Shown here piece by piece: positions 19,995 to 29,677 of a DNA stretch of 64,000 nt. Below the pieces are notes generated by a model that searched no databases, was not told the origin of the DNA, and saw only the letters and a program-made list of their open reading frames with translations. How positions within the stretch are numbered: the stretch's first letter is position 1; each line of letters starts with the position of its first letter. A program made the translations under genes and the position numbers. Origin of the DNA: an uncultured Acidobacteriota bacterium (GTDB taxonomy: Bacteria > Acidobacteriota > UBA6911); NCBI GenBank assembly GCA_963827655.1, contig CAWHCF010000023.1, forward strand, positions 192,001 to 256,000. Direction: 5' to 3'.

Positions 19995-21119
19995 TTAGCG
20001 TTGGCTTTCGCGGGAAGTTTCTGACCGAAAGGCACGGCCCGCAGCATCTGCGGCCAGAATCGCGTCCGCCACCATATCCGGTCTCACCTCGAAAGGCTCA
20101 TTGTGAATGGTTTCGCCCTGGGCGGTGGCACGCGCGGAGATCCCGGCCAGGACCGCAGCCGGGATTTGCGCAAGTCCCACCTGGGCCAGAGTGACCGGGA
20201 GGCCGACATCCGTTGAGAAGCGAAGAACTTCCTCTATCACGGCCCTGGGCCTTCCTTCCATTACCAGCTGGACCAGGGTCCCGAAAGCGACTTTTTCCCC
20301 GTGGAAGAAGCCATGAGTAGCCTGGGCGACGGTCAAGCCATTATGGATGGCGTGAGCCGCCGCCAGACCTGAAGATTCGAAGCCCAGGCCGGAGAGCAGA
20401 GTGTTCGCCTCCACCAATCGCTCGAGAGCCGGCGTCACTGCCTGAACCTCGACCGCTCGCAGGGCAGCCGTGCCGTCGGCCAGGAGCGTGCGATAGCACA
20501 GCTCCGCCAGCGCCAGGGCGCTCTGAGTTGAGCCTCCCCCGCGCATGTTTTTGACATGTCCTTCGACGCATGTCCTGGCCTCGAACAGGGTAGCCAGAGC
20601 ATCTCCCATGCCGGCCACCAGGAGACGAGCCGGGCTACGGGCGATGACGGCAGTATCGACCAGAACCAGATCAGGGTTTTTTCGGTAGAAGCGGTACTGC
20701 TGAAAGACGCCCTCCTCGGTGTAAATAACCGAGAGGGCGCTGCAGGGGGCGTCGCTGGAAGCGATCGTCGGGCAGTTCACCGCCGGCAGGTCCAGGTCAG
20801 CTGCGGCAGCCCGGCCGGTATCGAGAGCCTTGCCGCCGCCGGCGGCGATAATGACCCGCGCGCCGCATGCTTTCGCCGAGACTTTGACCCGCTCGATCTC
20901 AGGCAGCGAGCACTCTCCGCCAAAGGTGTGCACATTGTAAGAGATGTCCGCCTGGGACAGGGTCCTGCGCCATGCTTCCGCCAGGATCTTGATGGCCGTC
21001 TTCCCGGCCACAATCAAGGCCGGCCCCTTCAAGCCCAGGGTTGCCATCTCCTGTCCTAAATTGTCTGTGGCGTTCTTTCCCTGCGTATAGCGGCTGGGGC
21101 AACAGAATACCGACAACAT
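19995..21119 (-). CDS. gldA: Glycerol dehydrogenase
   Basis: GGGKALD, PTIASSDAPCSALSVIY, GMGDALAT.FEA, GLAAAHAIHNG, HGEKVAFG. Confidence 0.9.
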   Translation of the reverse strand: MLSVFCCPSRYTQGKNATDNLGQEMATLGLKGPALIVAGKTAIKILAEAWRRTLSQADISYNVHTFGGECSLPEIERVKVSAKACGARVIIAAGGGKALDTGRAAAADLDLPAVNCPTIASSDAPCSALSVIYTEEGVFQQYRFYRKNPDLVLVDTAVIARSPARLLVAGMGDALATLFEARTCVEGHVKNMRGGGSTQSALALAELCYRTLLADGTAALRAVEVQAVTPALERLVEANTLLSGLGFESSGLAAAHAIHNGLTVAQATHGFFHGEKVAFGTLVQLVMEGRPRAVIEEVLRFSTDVGLPVTLAQVGLAQIPAAVLAGISARATAQGETIHNEPFEVRPDMVADAILAADAAGRAFRSETSRESQR

Positions 21120-21127
21120 AAGGCCCT

Positions 21128-21301
21128 CGATTTACGATTGACGATTACGATTGACGATTGAAACTGCATTCGTCATTACGAACTGCTGCGCCCGTTATCC
21201 ACATGGATCTGGCTACGATTGACGATTTACGATTGAAACTGCATCGCGAACGGTTAGTCACCGAGCCCAATCGTAAATCGTAAATCGTAAATCGTAAATC
21301 G
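21128..21301. repeat. Inverted heptamer tandem-repeat element (CGATTTA/CGATTGA ... AATCGTA)
   Basis: Fills the gldA/polB divergent spacer; internal direct repeat ACGATTGAAACTGCAT twice. Confidence 0.85.
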
Positions 21302-21303
21302 AA

Positions 21304-23619
21304 ATGCGGGCATTCATCCTGAATCCCACCTATCGCGTCGTCCGGGGTACTCCGGAAGTCCATCTGTATAGCGTACTCGAGTCCGGCGAGCCCTGCGTGA
21401 TCATCGACGATCGCATGCGCCCTTACTTCTTTGTCCGCGAGGTCGACGAACCGAAGGTTCGAAAGCTGGCACCGTCTGCTGCGCTGGAACCCTGTAACTT
21501 GCGCAGCTTTGCCGGGGAAGCTGTTTTGCGGCTGGAAGTCTCTGTTCCCGGGGAGGTGCCGGCGTTACGGCAACGCCTGGAAGACGCAAGCGTGGAATGT
21601 TTCGAAGCGGATGTTCGCTTCGCCTATCGTTACATGATGGACCGGGGCATTCGTGGCTCATTCGAGGTGGAGGGTCCTTCCGCGCATAGCGGATCTCTCG
21701 GGCGCATCTATCGCAATCCGGTGCTGCATCCGTGTCCATGGGTCCCGCATCTCAAGGTACTATCGATCGATCTCGAAACAAGTCCCGATGGAGCAAGGCT
21801 GTACTCGGTCGCGTTTCACAGCCCTGACTTCAGCCGCGTACTTATCCTCCACGACTCGGTTCGGAAACAGGCCGATGTGGAAATCGTTCACTCCGAACCG
21901 GAGCTCATCCTGCGCTTTCTCCAACACGTCAGCCGGCAGGATCCCGACATCCTTACGGGGTGGAACGTCGTCGATTTCGATCTGGTCATGCTGGCACGCG
22001 CGGCCCGACGGCACGGGATGCGCTTCGCCATCGGACGCACGGACGACGATTTCGATTCCAGGCGGGAAGCGTCCTACACGCGCGAGTCACGAGCCCTGAC
22101 GTATGGACGCCTCGTGCTTGACGCCCAATCATTGATGCGAGGCGCCTTCATTCGACTTCAGGACTACAGGCTTGAGACCGCGGCGCAAAACATCCTCGGG
22201 CGCGGCAAACTGATCAAAGGCGCGGATCGCCGCTTCGAGATCGAGCGCCTTTATCGCAGCGATCCGCAGAGTCTGGTGCAATACAACCTGGAAGACGCCC
22301 GCCTGGTCACCGAGATTCTGGACCGGACCGGTCTGATCAATCTCGCCATCGAGCGGAGTCTACTCACCGGCATGCCGCTCGACCGGGTGAGCGCCGCTAT
22401 CGCTTCGATCGATTCGCTCTATCTTCGCGCCCTGAGGAGCCGGGGCGTGGTGGCGCCCTCGGTCGGCCGGGACGTCCGGCAAGCCAGCATCACAGGCGGC
22501 TACGTAATGGACGCCCAACCGGGACTCTATCGCAACGTCCTGGTCTTCGATTTCAAGAGCCTCTACCCCAGCATCATTCGGACCTTCAATCTCGATCCCC
22601 TGACGCTGGTTTCGAACGGCGCAGCGGCTGCAGACGCACTGGCCGCGCCTAACGGCGCGCGCTTCCGGCGCGACGTGCAGGGGATTCTGCCCGATCTGGT
22701 GGCAAAGGTTGCCGAGGAGCGCGAACAGGCCCGGAAGGCAGGCCAACACGTCAAGGCTTATGCGATGAAGATCTTGATGAACTCCCTCTATGGGGTCCTG
22801 GGTTCCGGCGCTTCCCGGCTGTTCTTTCCCTCGGTGGCCAATGCCATCACTTATTTCGGTCAGCTATTGATTCGGACCGCCGCCGAATTCGCATCGGGTT
22901 CAGGGTATCGCGTCATCTACGGCGATACCGACTCCCTGTTCGTCGATTCCGCCGAGGATGATTCGGAGCGCGCGCTCGCCGTCGCGCACCGCTTGCGCGT
23001 CAATATCGGGGACGCCGTAGCGGCTTTCGTGCGCGAACGATTCGCCTGCGAGAGCTATCTGGAACTCGAATTCGAGAAACTGTACGCGCGCTTTTTCCTG
23101 CCCGAGGTGCGCGGCGGAAAGATCGGGAGCAAGAAACGATACGCGGGCCTTGTGATCGAGGCGGACGGCAGCGAACGTCTCGAGTTCGTCGGCCTGGAGT
23201 ATGTGCGCCGGGACTGGAGCGATGCCAGCAAGAAATTTCAAAAGGAATTGTTGAACCTGGTCTTTCACGACCGGCCCGTCGCGGACCTGGTTCGAAGCTT
23301 TGTCGCGGATTTGCGCGCGGGCGGTCTTGATGGGCAGCTGGTCTATCGAAAGGCCGTACGCAAGGATCTGGAGGACTACACAAAAACCACGCCGCCGCAC
23401 GTTCAGGCGGCGCGCCGGCAGCGTCATCCGGGCAGCCGCCTGGTCGAGTATGTGATGACCCATCATGGCCCGGAACCGGTCGGAGAGGAGACGGCGCCGC
23501 TCGACTACGAGCACTACATCGAGCATCAGATCAAACCCGTCGCCGACGCGATTCTCCGGTTCCTCGGAACCAGCCTTGACGGCATATTGGATGCCAGGCG
23601 GCAGCTGAGCCTTTTCTGA
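21304..23619 (+). CDS. polB: DNA polymerase II (family B)
   Basis: Exonuclease motifs DLE, WNVVDFD, YNLED; polymerase motifs DFKSLYPSII, KILMNSLYG, YGDTDSLF; C-terminal QLSLF clamp-binding motif. Confidence 0.93.
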   Translation: MRAFILNPTYRVVRGTPEVHLYSVLESGEPCVIIDDRMRPYFFVREVDEPKVRKLAPSAALEPCNLRSFAGEAVLRLEVSVPGEVPALRQRLEDASVECFEADVRFAYRYMMDRGIRGSFEVEGPSAHSGSLGRIYRNPVLHPCPWVPHLKVLSIDLETSPDGARLYSVAFHSPDFSRVLILHDSVRKQADVEIVHSEPELILRFLQHVSRQDPDILTGWNVVDFDLVMLARAARRHGMRFAIGRTDDDFDSRREASYTRESRALTYGRLVLDAQSLMRGAFIRLQDYRLETAAQNILGRGKLIKGADRRFEIERLYRSDPQSLVQYNLEDARLVTEILDRTGLINLAIERSLLTGMPLDRVSAAIASIDSLYLRALRSRGVVAPSVGRDVRQASITGGYVMDAQPGLYRNVLVFDFKSLYPSIIRTFNLDPLTLVSNGAAAADALAAPNGARFRRDVQGILPDLVAKVAEEREQARKAGQHVKAYAMKILMNSLYGVLGSGASRLFFPSVANAITYFGQLLIRTAAEFASGSGYRVIYGDTDSLFVDSAEDDSERALAVAHRLRVNIGDAVAAFVRERFACESYLELEFEKLYARFFLPEVRGGKIGSKKRYAGLVIEADGSERLEFVGLEYVRRDWSDASKKFQKELLNLVFHDRPVADLVRSFVADLRAGGLDGQLVYRKAVRKDLEDYTKTTPPHVQAARRQRHPGSRLVEYVMTHHGPEPVGEETAPLDYEHYIEHQIKPVADAILRFLGTSLDGILDARRQLSLF

Positions 23620-23721
23620 GCAACTCGAGCTTCGACAAGGTTCTTAGGGTTTCTTCGTGTCTTGGTGTCTTAGTGGTATTTTTTCCTCGCGGCTCTAACC
23701 ACGAAGACACGAAGGAGTAGA

Positions 23722-25092
23722 GTGAATCCCAGTCAAATCAACCCCTCGGCCCCATCGCGCGTCGTCGATCTGGGCCAGATTCTGGATGAAGGGCGTTGGG
23801 GAGGCAGGCAGAAACTGTTCGTGTTTCTGACCGCCCTCGCCATCGTCTTCGACGGCGTCGACAATCAACTGATCGGCATTGCCGTTCCCTCGCTGATGAA
23901 GGACTGGTCGCTCGCCCGCGGCGCATTCGCGCCCATTCTCGCCAGCGGCATGATCGGCATGATGCTCGGCGGGGCAATCGCCGGCATCATCGGTGATCGG
24001 ATCGGACGCAAGTTTGCTCTGATCGGCAGCGTACTGGTGTTCGGCCTCCTCACGACGTCTGTTGCGATCGCGGACAATCTCTGGACTCTTGGAGTGCTGC
24101 GTTTCCTGGCGGGACTCGGCCTCGGGGGCGCTCTGCCCAACGCGGCGGCGCTCGCATCGGAATACGTCCCACGGCGCCATCGTCCTTTTGCCGTCACGCT
24201 GACTATCGTCTGCGTCCCGCTCGGCGGCACGCTCGCCGCTCTCCTGGGCGGACGCGTGCTCCCGGTTCTGGGATGGCGGTGGCTCTTCGCCATTGGCGGA
24301 GTGCTTCCGCTCGCCGCCGCCGTCGTTCTGATGCGCTACTTGCCGGAGTCTCCGCGCTATCTGGCGCGCTATCCCGAACGCTGGCCGGAGCTGGCGGGAG
24401 TTCTCAGACGCATCGGCCACAATGTCCTGCCCGACGCCACCTTCGTCGATCCGGGAGAGAAGGCCGGGTCCCGCGCGTCGGTCGGCGCGCTCTTCACGAC
24501 TGACTTGCGCCACGACACGCTGGCGCTGTGCGGCGCGTTCTTCTCCTGTCTGCTCGCAGTCTACACGGCGTTCAACTGGGTGCCTTCGGTGCTGGCGGGG
24601 GCTGGTCTGGGTCTTGCCGTCGCCAGTAACGGTCTGGCCGCGTTCAACCTCGGCGGCGTCGCAGGCGCGATTTGCGGAGGGCTGGTGATCGCCCGCTACG
24701 GCTCGAGACCCACGATGCTGGGGATGTCCGCGGGCGCCATTGCCGGCGCGCTGGGACTGGCGGCGATGCCAATCGTGGCCTTATCGGATGCCTTCCCGAT
24801 TATCGCGCTGCTGGGGATTACCGGGGGACTGATCAACGCTGTGCAGACAACGATGTATGCGCTGGCGGCTCATGTTTACCCGACATCGGTTCGCGCCACC
24901 GGTGTGGGCACGGCGGTCGCCGTCGGCCGCTCCGGAGGCGTCCTGAGTACGTACGCAGGGGCCTGGGCGCTCGAGTTGGGAGGGAGTGGAGCGTTCTTCG
25001 GCCTGATGGCCGCCGCCATGACACTGGTGTTGGGCTGCCTGGCTGCCGTGCGGCGACACGTTCCTCGAACGCCGGCCACCGAAATTCGGTGA
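23722..25092 (+). CDS. Aromatic acid:H+ symporter (PcaK-like MFS)
   Basis: FDGVD, GDRIGRK, RFLAGLGLGG.LPN, PESPRYL, YPTSVRATG; adjacent to pca genes. Confidence 0.88.
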   Translation: MNPSQINPSAPSRVVDLGQILDEGRWGGRQKLFVFLTALAIVFDGVDNQLIGIAVPSLMKDWSLARGAFAPILASGMIGMMLGGAIAGIIGDRIGRKFALIGSVLVFGLLTTSVAIADNLWTLGVLRFLAGLGLGGALPNAAALASEYVPRRHRPFAVTLTIVCVPLGGTLAALLGGRVLPVLGWRWLFAIGGVLPLAAAVVLMRYLPESPRYLARYPERWPELAGVLRRIGHNVLPDATFVDPGEKAGSRASVGALFTTDLRHDTLALCGAFFSCLLAVYTAFNWVPSVLAGAGLGLAVASNGLAAFNLGGVAGAICGGLVIARYGSRPTMLGMSAGAIAGALGLAAMPIVALSDAFPIIALLGITGGLINAVQTTMYALAAHVYPTSVRATGVGTAVAVGRSGGVLSTYAGAWALELGGSGAFFGLMAAAMTLVLGCLAAVRRHVPRTPATEIR

Positions 25093-25167
25093 CAGGCACC
25101 AAATTGCGCGGTGATTGCGGTCAAAAGACCGATGTTTTGCCACGCAATTTTGGAGCCTGTCACCGAA

Positions 25168-26520
25168 TTACTTCTTCGAGTCTTCGCGGTCATGGGACAG
25201 GAGCACGCGATCGATCAGCGCCTCGACCACCCCCAGATACTGTCGCGGGTCGAAGAGCCGGTCAAGTTGCTCCCGGCTCAGATGCTTCATCACTGCCGCG
25301 TCATCCTCGAGAACTTCACGCAGATGCCGCCTCCCCGCGCGCGCCCGTTCGCATGCCGCCCCAACCAGTTCGTGGGCCGCCATCCGGCCCATCACGCTCC
25401 CCAGAGCCATTTGAACCGCTTCCGAGAAAATCAACCCATGGGTCAGGTCGAGATTGGCTCGCATCCTGGCAACGTCGATCTCGAGTTCGACTATTGTGCG
25501 GGTCAAGTGGTGTAGCGCGCCTCCGGCCAGCCCGATGATCTCCGGCATGGTTTCCCACTCCGCATGCCAGCCGCCCAGCCCTCGTTCCTGTTGCTGCACC
25601 ATCGCGCCGAGCATCGCGCCGACCAGGCCGGGCATGCGTGCCGCGGCCGCCAGCACCACGGCTGACACGATCGGGTTGCGTTTGTGGGGCAAGGTCGAGG
25701 AGCCGCCGCGGCCTGCTCCCGCCGGCTCGAATACTTCCCCAACCTCGGTTTGCATTTGCAAGGCAACGTCGAGGGCAATCTTTCCCATCGTGCCGGTGCA
25801 CAGCCCCAGGGTGGCGGCCACCTCGACCCAACGATCCCGGTGAACGTGCCACGGAACATCGGGCACGGCGAGGTGCAGCTCTTCGCCGAGGGCTTTCGCA
25901 ACATCCAATCCGCTGCTCCCCAGCGCCGCAAGCGTCCCGACCGCTCCGCCAAATTGCACTACCAGCGCCCGGCGACCCGCATCGCGGAGCCGCTCGCGGT
26001 GACGATTGACCGCATCCAGCCATCCCGCCGCCTTAAACCCGAACGTCGTCGGCAACGCCTGCTGCATCAACGTTCGCCCGGCCACCGGAGTGGCTCGGTG
26101 CTTTTTAGACAGCTCCGCCAATGCACCCGAAAGAATTTCGAACTCCGCCTCGATCCGCCCCAGCGCACTGCGCAACTGCAGCGTGAATCCGGTGTCGATC
26201 GCATCCTGGCTCGTTGCTCCCCAGTGCACAAACCGCATGGCTTCATCGTCGTCTTTTCCGACCAGGGCGGTGAGCTGCTCAACCATCGGAATTGCGGGAT
26301 TGCCCGCCCACGCGGTTGCGCGCGCGAGCGAATCCATGTCGAAGAGCTCGGCCCGGCACCTGGCTGCGATGGCGATTGCGGCGGACGCGGGAATCACGCC
26401 TGCGCGCGCTTCGGCGCGCGCCAGCGCCGCCTCGAAATCCAGCATGCCTTGCAGACGGGCGCGGTCAGAAAACAGCTCTTCGATGTTTTCCCAGCGGAAC
26501 AACGGTTCCAGTAGGCGCAT
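25168..26520 (-). CDS. pcaB: 3-carboxy-cis,cis-muconate cycloisomerase
   Basis: HWGATSQD, GRTLMQQA, GGSSTLPHKRNP, GGWHAEW. Confidence 0.92.
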   Translation of the reverse strand: MRLLEPLFRWENIEELFSDRARLQGMLDFEAALARAEARAGVIPASAAIAIAARCRAELFDMDSLARATAWAGNPAIPMVEQLTALVGKDDDEAMRFVHWGATSQDAIDTGFTLQLRSALGRIEAEFEILSGALAELSKKHRATPVAGRTLMQQALPTTFGFKAAGWLDAVNRHRERLRDAGRRALVVQFGGAVGTLAALGSSGLDVAKALGEELHLAVPDVPWHVHRDRWVEVAATLGLCTGTMGKIALDVALQMQTEVGEVFEPAGAGRGGSSTLPHKRNPIVSAVVLAAAARMPGLVGAMLGAMVQQQERGLGGWHAEWETMPEIIGLAGGALHHLTRTIVELEIDVARMRANLDLTHGLIFSEAVQMALGSVMGRMAAHELVGAACERARAGRRHLREVLEDDAAVMKHLSREQLDRLFDPRQYLGVVEALIDRVLLSHDREDSKK

Positions 26521-26629
26521 GGACACCAATCTCAACCGGACAACGGGTGAGCTCCGGATGACTGCGCCAGCAAGCTCTGAACCTTACACGCATCTTGTAT
26601 TGGCCCAGAACGAATGGTTACGTCAGCCG

Positions 26630-26836
26630 GCCCTGAAAGGGCGAAGGAAATTAGCCGGGGGCAAGCGGAGCGCGGCCCCCGGTCACGCACAAACAAAGAG
26701 ACGCGCGCCCCGGAGGGGCGCTGGACGCTGCCCCTCGTTGCTCCGGCGCCCCTTCAGGGCGCATTGACTATTAACCCCTAGACCCCGGGCTGCGCTTCGC
26801 TTGCCCGGGGCTAATTTCCGTCGCCCCTCCGGGGGC
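26630..26836. repeat. Composite palindromic REP-like element (GCCCTGAAAGGGC type)
   Basis: Nested inverted repeats GGAAATTAGCC...GGCTAATTTCC, CCCTGAAAGGG / CCCCTTCAGGG, CCCCGGAGGGG / CCCCTCCGGGG. Confidence 0.75.
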
Positions 26837-26928
26837 AAGCAAACTTGCCGACACCAATGAGATGCGTCGTAAGGTTAACGAGCAAGCTTGCGAATGTCCG
26901 ACAAGGCTGCGACCGTATTGCGTCCATT

Positions 26929-27498
26929 TCAGCAGTCAAAGAAAACCGTCTCCTCAGGCCCCTGCAGGATCACGTCCCACGCGAGTAGCCGGCTCTGTTC
27001 GTCCGCCTTCCTCGCAATCAGGGTGCCGCGTCGCGCCGGTTCGACCAGATTGAGGGCAAAATCCTCGTCGTTGCCCGGCTCATCGGGAAAATAGATCCGC
27101 GTAATCAGCCGGCGCAACAAACCACGCGCAAACACGGAAACGATGAGGTGCGGCGCCTGCGGCTTTCCATCCGGTCCCGGCACCGGGCCCGGTTTTATCG
27201 TGACAAAGCGGAACCTTCCTTTGTCATCGGTAGGAATCCGCCCGTACCCTGTGAAACCCGCTTCGAGCCGTTCGGCCCTTTTGTCCTCCGGGTGGGCGTA
27301 CCTTCCATGCGTGTCCGCTTGCCAGATCTCGATCAGCGCATCCGGCACCGGCTCGCCGTCGCCATCGAGCACCCGCCCGCCGATGGTCACGCGCTCCCCC
27401 GGGATGCCCGGTCCCGCCAGGTTATCTCGGTTCAGCCATGCGAGACCGATGGTGAAGAACGGACCCACGGTTTGTGACGGCGTCGCCGGGAGGCTCAT
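26929..27498 (-). CDS. pcaG: Protocatechuate 3,4-dioxygenase alpha subunit
   Basis: TPSQTVGPFF, IEIWQAD, QAPH, ARGLL, ETVFFDC. Confidence 0.93.
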   Translation of the reverse strand: MSLPATPSQTVGPFFTIGLAWLNRDNLAGPGIPGERVTIGGRVLDGDGEPVPDALIEIWQADTHGRYAHPEDKRAERLEAGFTGYGRIPTDDKGRFRFVTIKPGPVPGPDGKPQAPHLIVSVFARGLLRRLITRIYFPDEPGNDEDFALNLVEPARRGTLIARKADEQSRLLAWDVILQGPEETVFFDC

Positions 27499-27499
27499 A

Positions 27500-28204
27500 T
27501 CATGCCTCCATCGGCGTGGCTTCGCGGCCGCTGAGGATGATGTCAAATCGGTAGCCCAGCGCCTGTTCCGGTATCGTGCAGTCCCAGTCGAAAAGGCAAA
27601 TCAGCCGGTCGCGCGCCTTCTCATTGGCCGTGCTGTTGAAAATCGGATCGTATGGCAGCAGCGGATCGCCGGGAAAATACATTTGCGTGACCAGGCGCGT
27701 CGCAAACGCCGGGCCAAAGAGCGAAAAATGAATGTGCGCCGGCCGCCACGCATTGTGATGGTTGCGCCAGGGATATGCGCCCGGCCGGATGGTCACGAAG
27801 CGGTACCAGCCGCCGGCGTCGGTCAGCGTACGACCGCAACCCGTGAAGTAAGGGTCGAGGGGCGCGTCGTGCTGATCCCGCTCATGCAGATATCTCCCAG
27901 CCGCGTTCGCTTGCCAGATCTCGACCAAGGTATGCGGCACCGGTCGCCCGTCCTGGTCCAGCACCCGCCCGCTCACGACGATACGCTCTCCCGACGGCTC
28001 TCCGGAAGCCTGCTTCGTCAAGTCAAACAAAGCCAGGCCGACGGTCTCCTCCTCGAATACGGGTCCGGTTACCTCGGAAACCGTGTGCGGGAGATAGACC
28101 AACGGCTTGGTCGGCGCGCGCTTGAGGGATGAGAGATACTGGGGATGCAGGTGATTCGGCTGAGTCCCCGGAATCGGCCTCCGGTAGCCGGCGATGTTCG
28201 TCAT
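27500..28204 (-). CDS. pcaH: Protocatechuate 3,4-dioxygenase beta subunit
   Basis: EIWQANAAGRY, PGAYPWRNHHNAWRPAHIHFS, TQMYFPGDPL. Confidence 0.95.
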   Translation of the reverse strand: MTNIAGYRRPIPGTQPNHLHPQYLSSLKRAPTKPLVYLPHTVSEVTGPVFEEETVGLALFDLTKQASGEPSGERIVVSGRVLDQDGRPVPHTLVEIWQANAAGRYLHERDQHDAPLDPYFTGCGRTLTDAGGWYRFVTIRPGAYPWRNHHNAWRPAHIHFSLFGPAFATRLVTQMYFPGDPLLPYDPIFNSTANEKARDRLICLFDWDCTIPEQALGYRFDIILSGREATPMEA

Positions 28205-28424
28205 AAAGCGCTAATCCTTCATGTATCGCGACTCCTTTGTGCAGCCGCGACTTCGGGCCGGGGGCGGCTCAACTCTAAACTGTCCTGGCGGCGAGAGGCG
28301 CCGAAAATCCAGCGCGAGGTTGTCGTGCCATCGCCGAGACGCCGGTAGATTATACTGTAAATGATCCGCTGCTCGAGCTGTCGCGGCAACTCTGGCATTG
28401 AGTGACGCAAGAAGGAAAACAGTC

Positions 28425-29507
28425 ATGCACCGAAGTGATGTGGTGGGCAGTCTGTTGCGTCCGGCCTACCTGAAGGAGGCGCGAGAGCGCCACGACTCGG
28501 CTGAACTCACCGATACGGTCTTCAAGCGCATCGAGGACCGAGCCGTTGACGAAGCGGTGGCTCTGCAAGAGAGAGCCGGGATCGACGTGGTCAGCGATGG
28601 CGAGATGCGGCGCTACGCATTCTATGGTCACCTCATCGAGGCCGTGGAGGGGTACGACAAGTTTGGGGGCTGGGCCATCCCGTTCCGGAATGAAGAGGGA
28701 GAGGAAATTATTCTAAGACGCCCCGTGGTCGTCTCACGCTTGCGCCGCAAGCGTCATCTGTGCGCGGAGGAATTCACCTACTTGCGCGCGCGAACCAACC
28801 GCGCCGCCAAGACTACGCTGATCAGCGCGCAACAGGCGGCGGCCTACTACGACCGCAAGAAGTCGAGCGCCGCCTACATCACGATTGATGCCTACCTGGC
28901 GGACCTGGTCGACATCCTGCGCGGAGAAGTAGAGGAGTTGATCCGTCTGGGCTGCACTTACATCCAGATTGACTCCCCGCAATACGCCGCGCTGCTGGAT
29001 TCCGACCTGCGCGAAGGATACCGCAAGCGCGGCAACGACCCGGATCGGCTGCTGGATCTGTCGATTGAGATGGATAATGCGGTGATCGGCGATCATCCGG
29101 GCATTACCTTTGGCCTGCATCTGTGCCGGGGCAATAACCAGAGCAAGTTCTATGCCCGCGGAGACTATGGACCGATCACCCGGGTCTTTCGCAACACAAA
29201 GTTCCAACGCTTCCTGCTGGAATTTGACGATGAACGCTCCGGGGGCTTTGAGCCGCTCGGCCAGATGCCGGAAGACAGAACCGTCGTGCTGGGACTGGTG
29301 AGCTCAAAGCAGGGAGCGCTGGAAAGCAAAGAAGAGTTGAAACGCCGCGTCCAGGAAGCCGCGGCCATTATTCCGCAGGAAAGACTGGCACTGAGTCCAC
29401 AGTGCGGATTCGCGTCAACCATGGAGGGCAACCTGTTAACGCCGGATGATCAGGAAGCCAAACTGCGCCTGGTGGCAGAAACCGCTCGAGAGCTGTGGGG
29501 CGCATGA
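28425..29507 (+). CDS. Cobalamin-independent methionine synthase II family (single-barrel MetE-like) protein
   Basis: DVVGSLLRP, DGEMRR, YIQID.P, HLCRGN, LEFD, SPQCGFAS. Start between 28398 and 28425. Confidence 0.88.
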   Translation: MHRSDVVGSLLRPAYLKEARERHDSAELTDTVFKRIEDRAVDEAVALQERAGIDVVSDGEMRRYAFYGHLIEAVEGYDKFGGWAIPFRNEEGEEIILRRPVVVSRLRRKRHLCAEEFTYLRARTNRAAKTTLISAQQAAAYYDRKKSSAAYITIDAYLADLVDILRGEVEELIRLGCTYIQIDSPQYAALLDSDLREGYRKRGNDPDRLLDLSIEMDNAVIGDHPGITFGLHLCRGNNQSKFYARGDYGPITRVFRNTKFQRFLLEFDDERSGGFEPLGQMPEDRTVVLGLVSSKQGALESKEELKRRVQEAAAIIPQERLALSPQCGFASTMEGNLLTPDDQEAKLRLVAETARELWGA

Positions 29508-29512
29508 CCCGA

Positions 29513-29596
29513 CTTAGTGTTTCTTCGTGCCTTCGTGTCTTCGTGGTTAGAATTGTCTAACGAATACCACTAAGACTCAAAGACGCGAAGAAACAC
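29513..29596. repeat. Octamer-type inverted repeat family (CTTCGTGT / ACACGAAG), best copy of about nine
   Basis: Other full or half copies near 4185-4240, 15971-16026, 19804-19839, 23649-23714, 46210-46245, 48346-48372, 56182-56218 and 63711-63765. Confidence 0.8.
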
Positions 29597-29677
29597 GATG
29601 TATACTCTCTCTCAATCAACACGGATCCGGACTATGCGGAAGTATTTGCTCGGACGTCGCAACCTGCCACAAGGGGG

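Noticed and set aside
21128-21301. Heptamer/octamer arrays as CRISPR arrays
   Set aside because: There are no 25-45-nt repeats with unique equal-length spacers and no cas genes.
21304-23619. polB as a prophage, casposon or pipolin marker
   Set aside because: It is a cellular Pol II-type sequence with a clamp motif, and no phage, cas1 or integrase genes are nearby.
28205-28424. SAM or cobalamin riboswitch before the MetE-like gene
   Set aside because: No consensus elements are visible.
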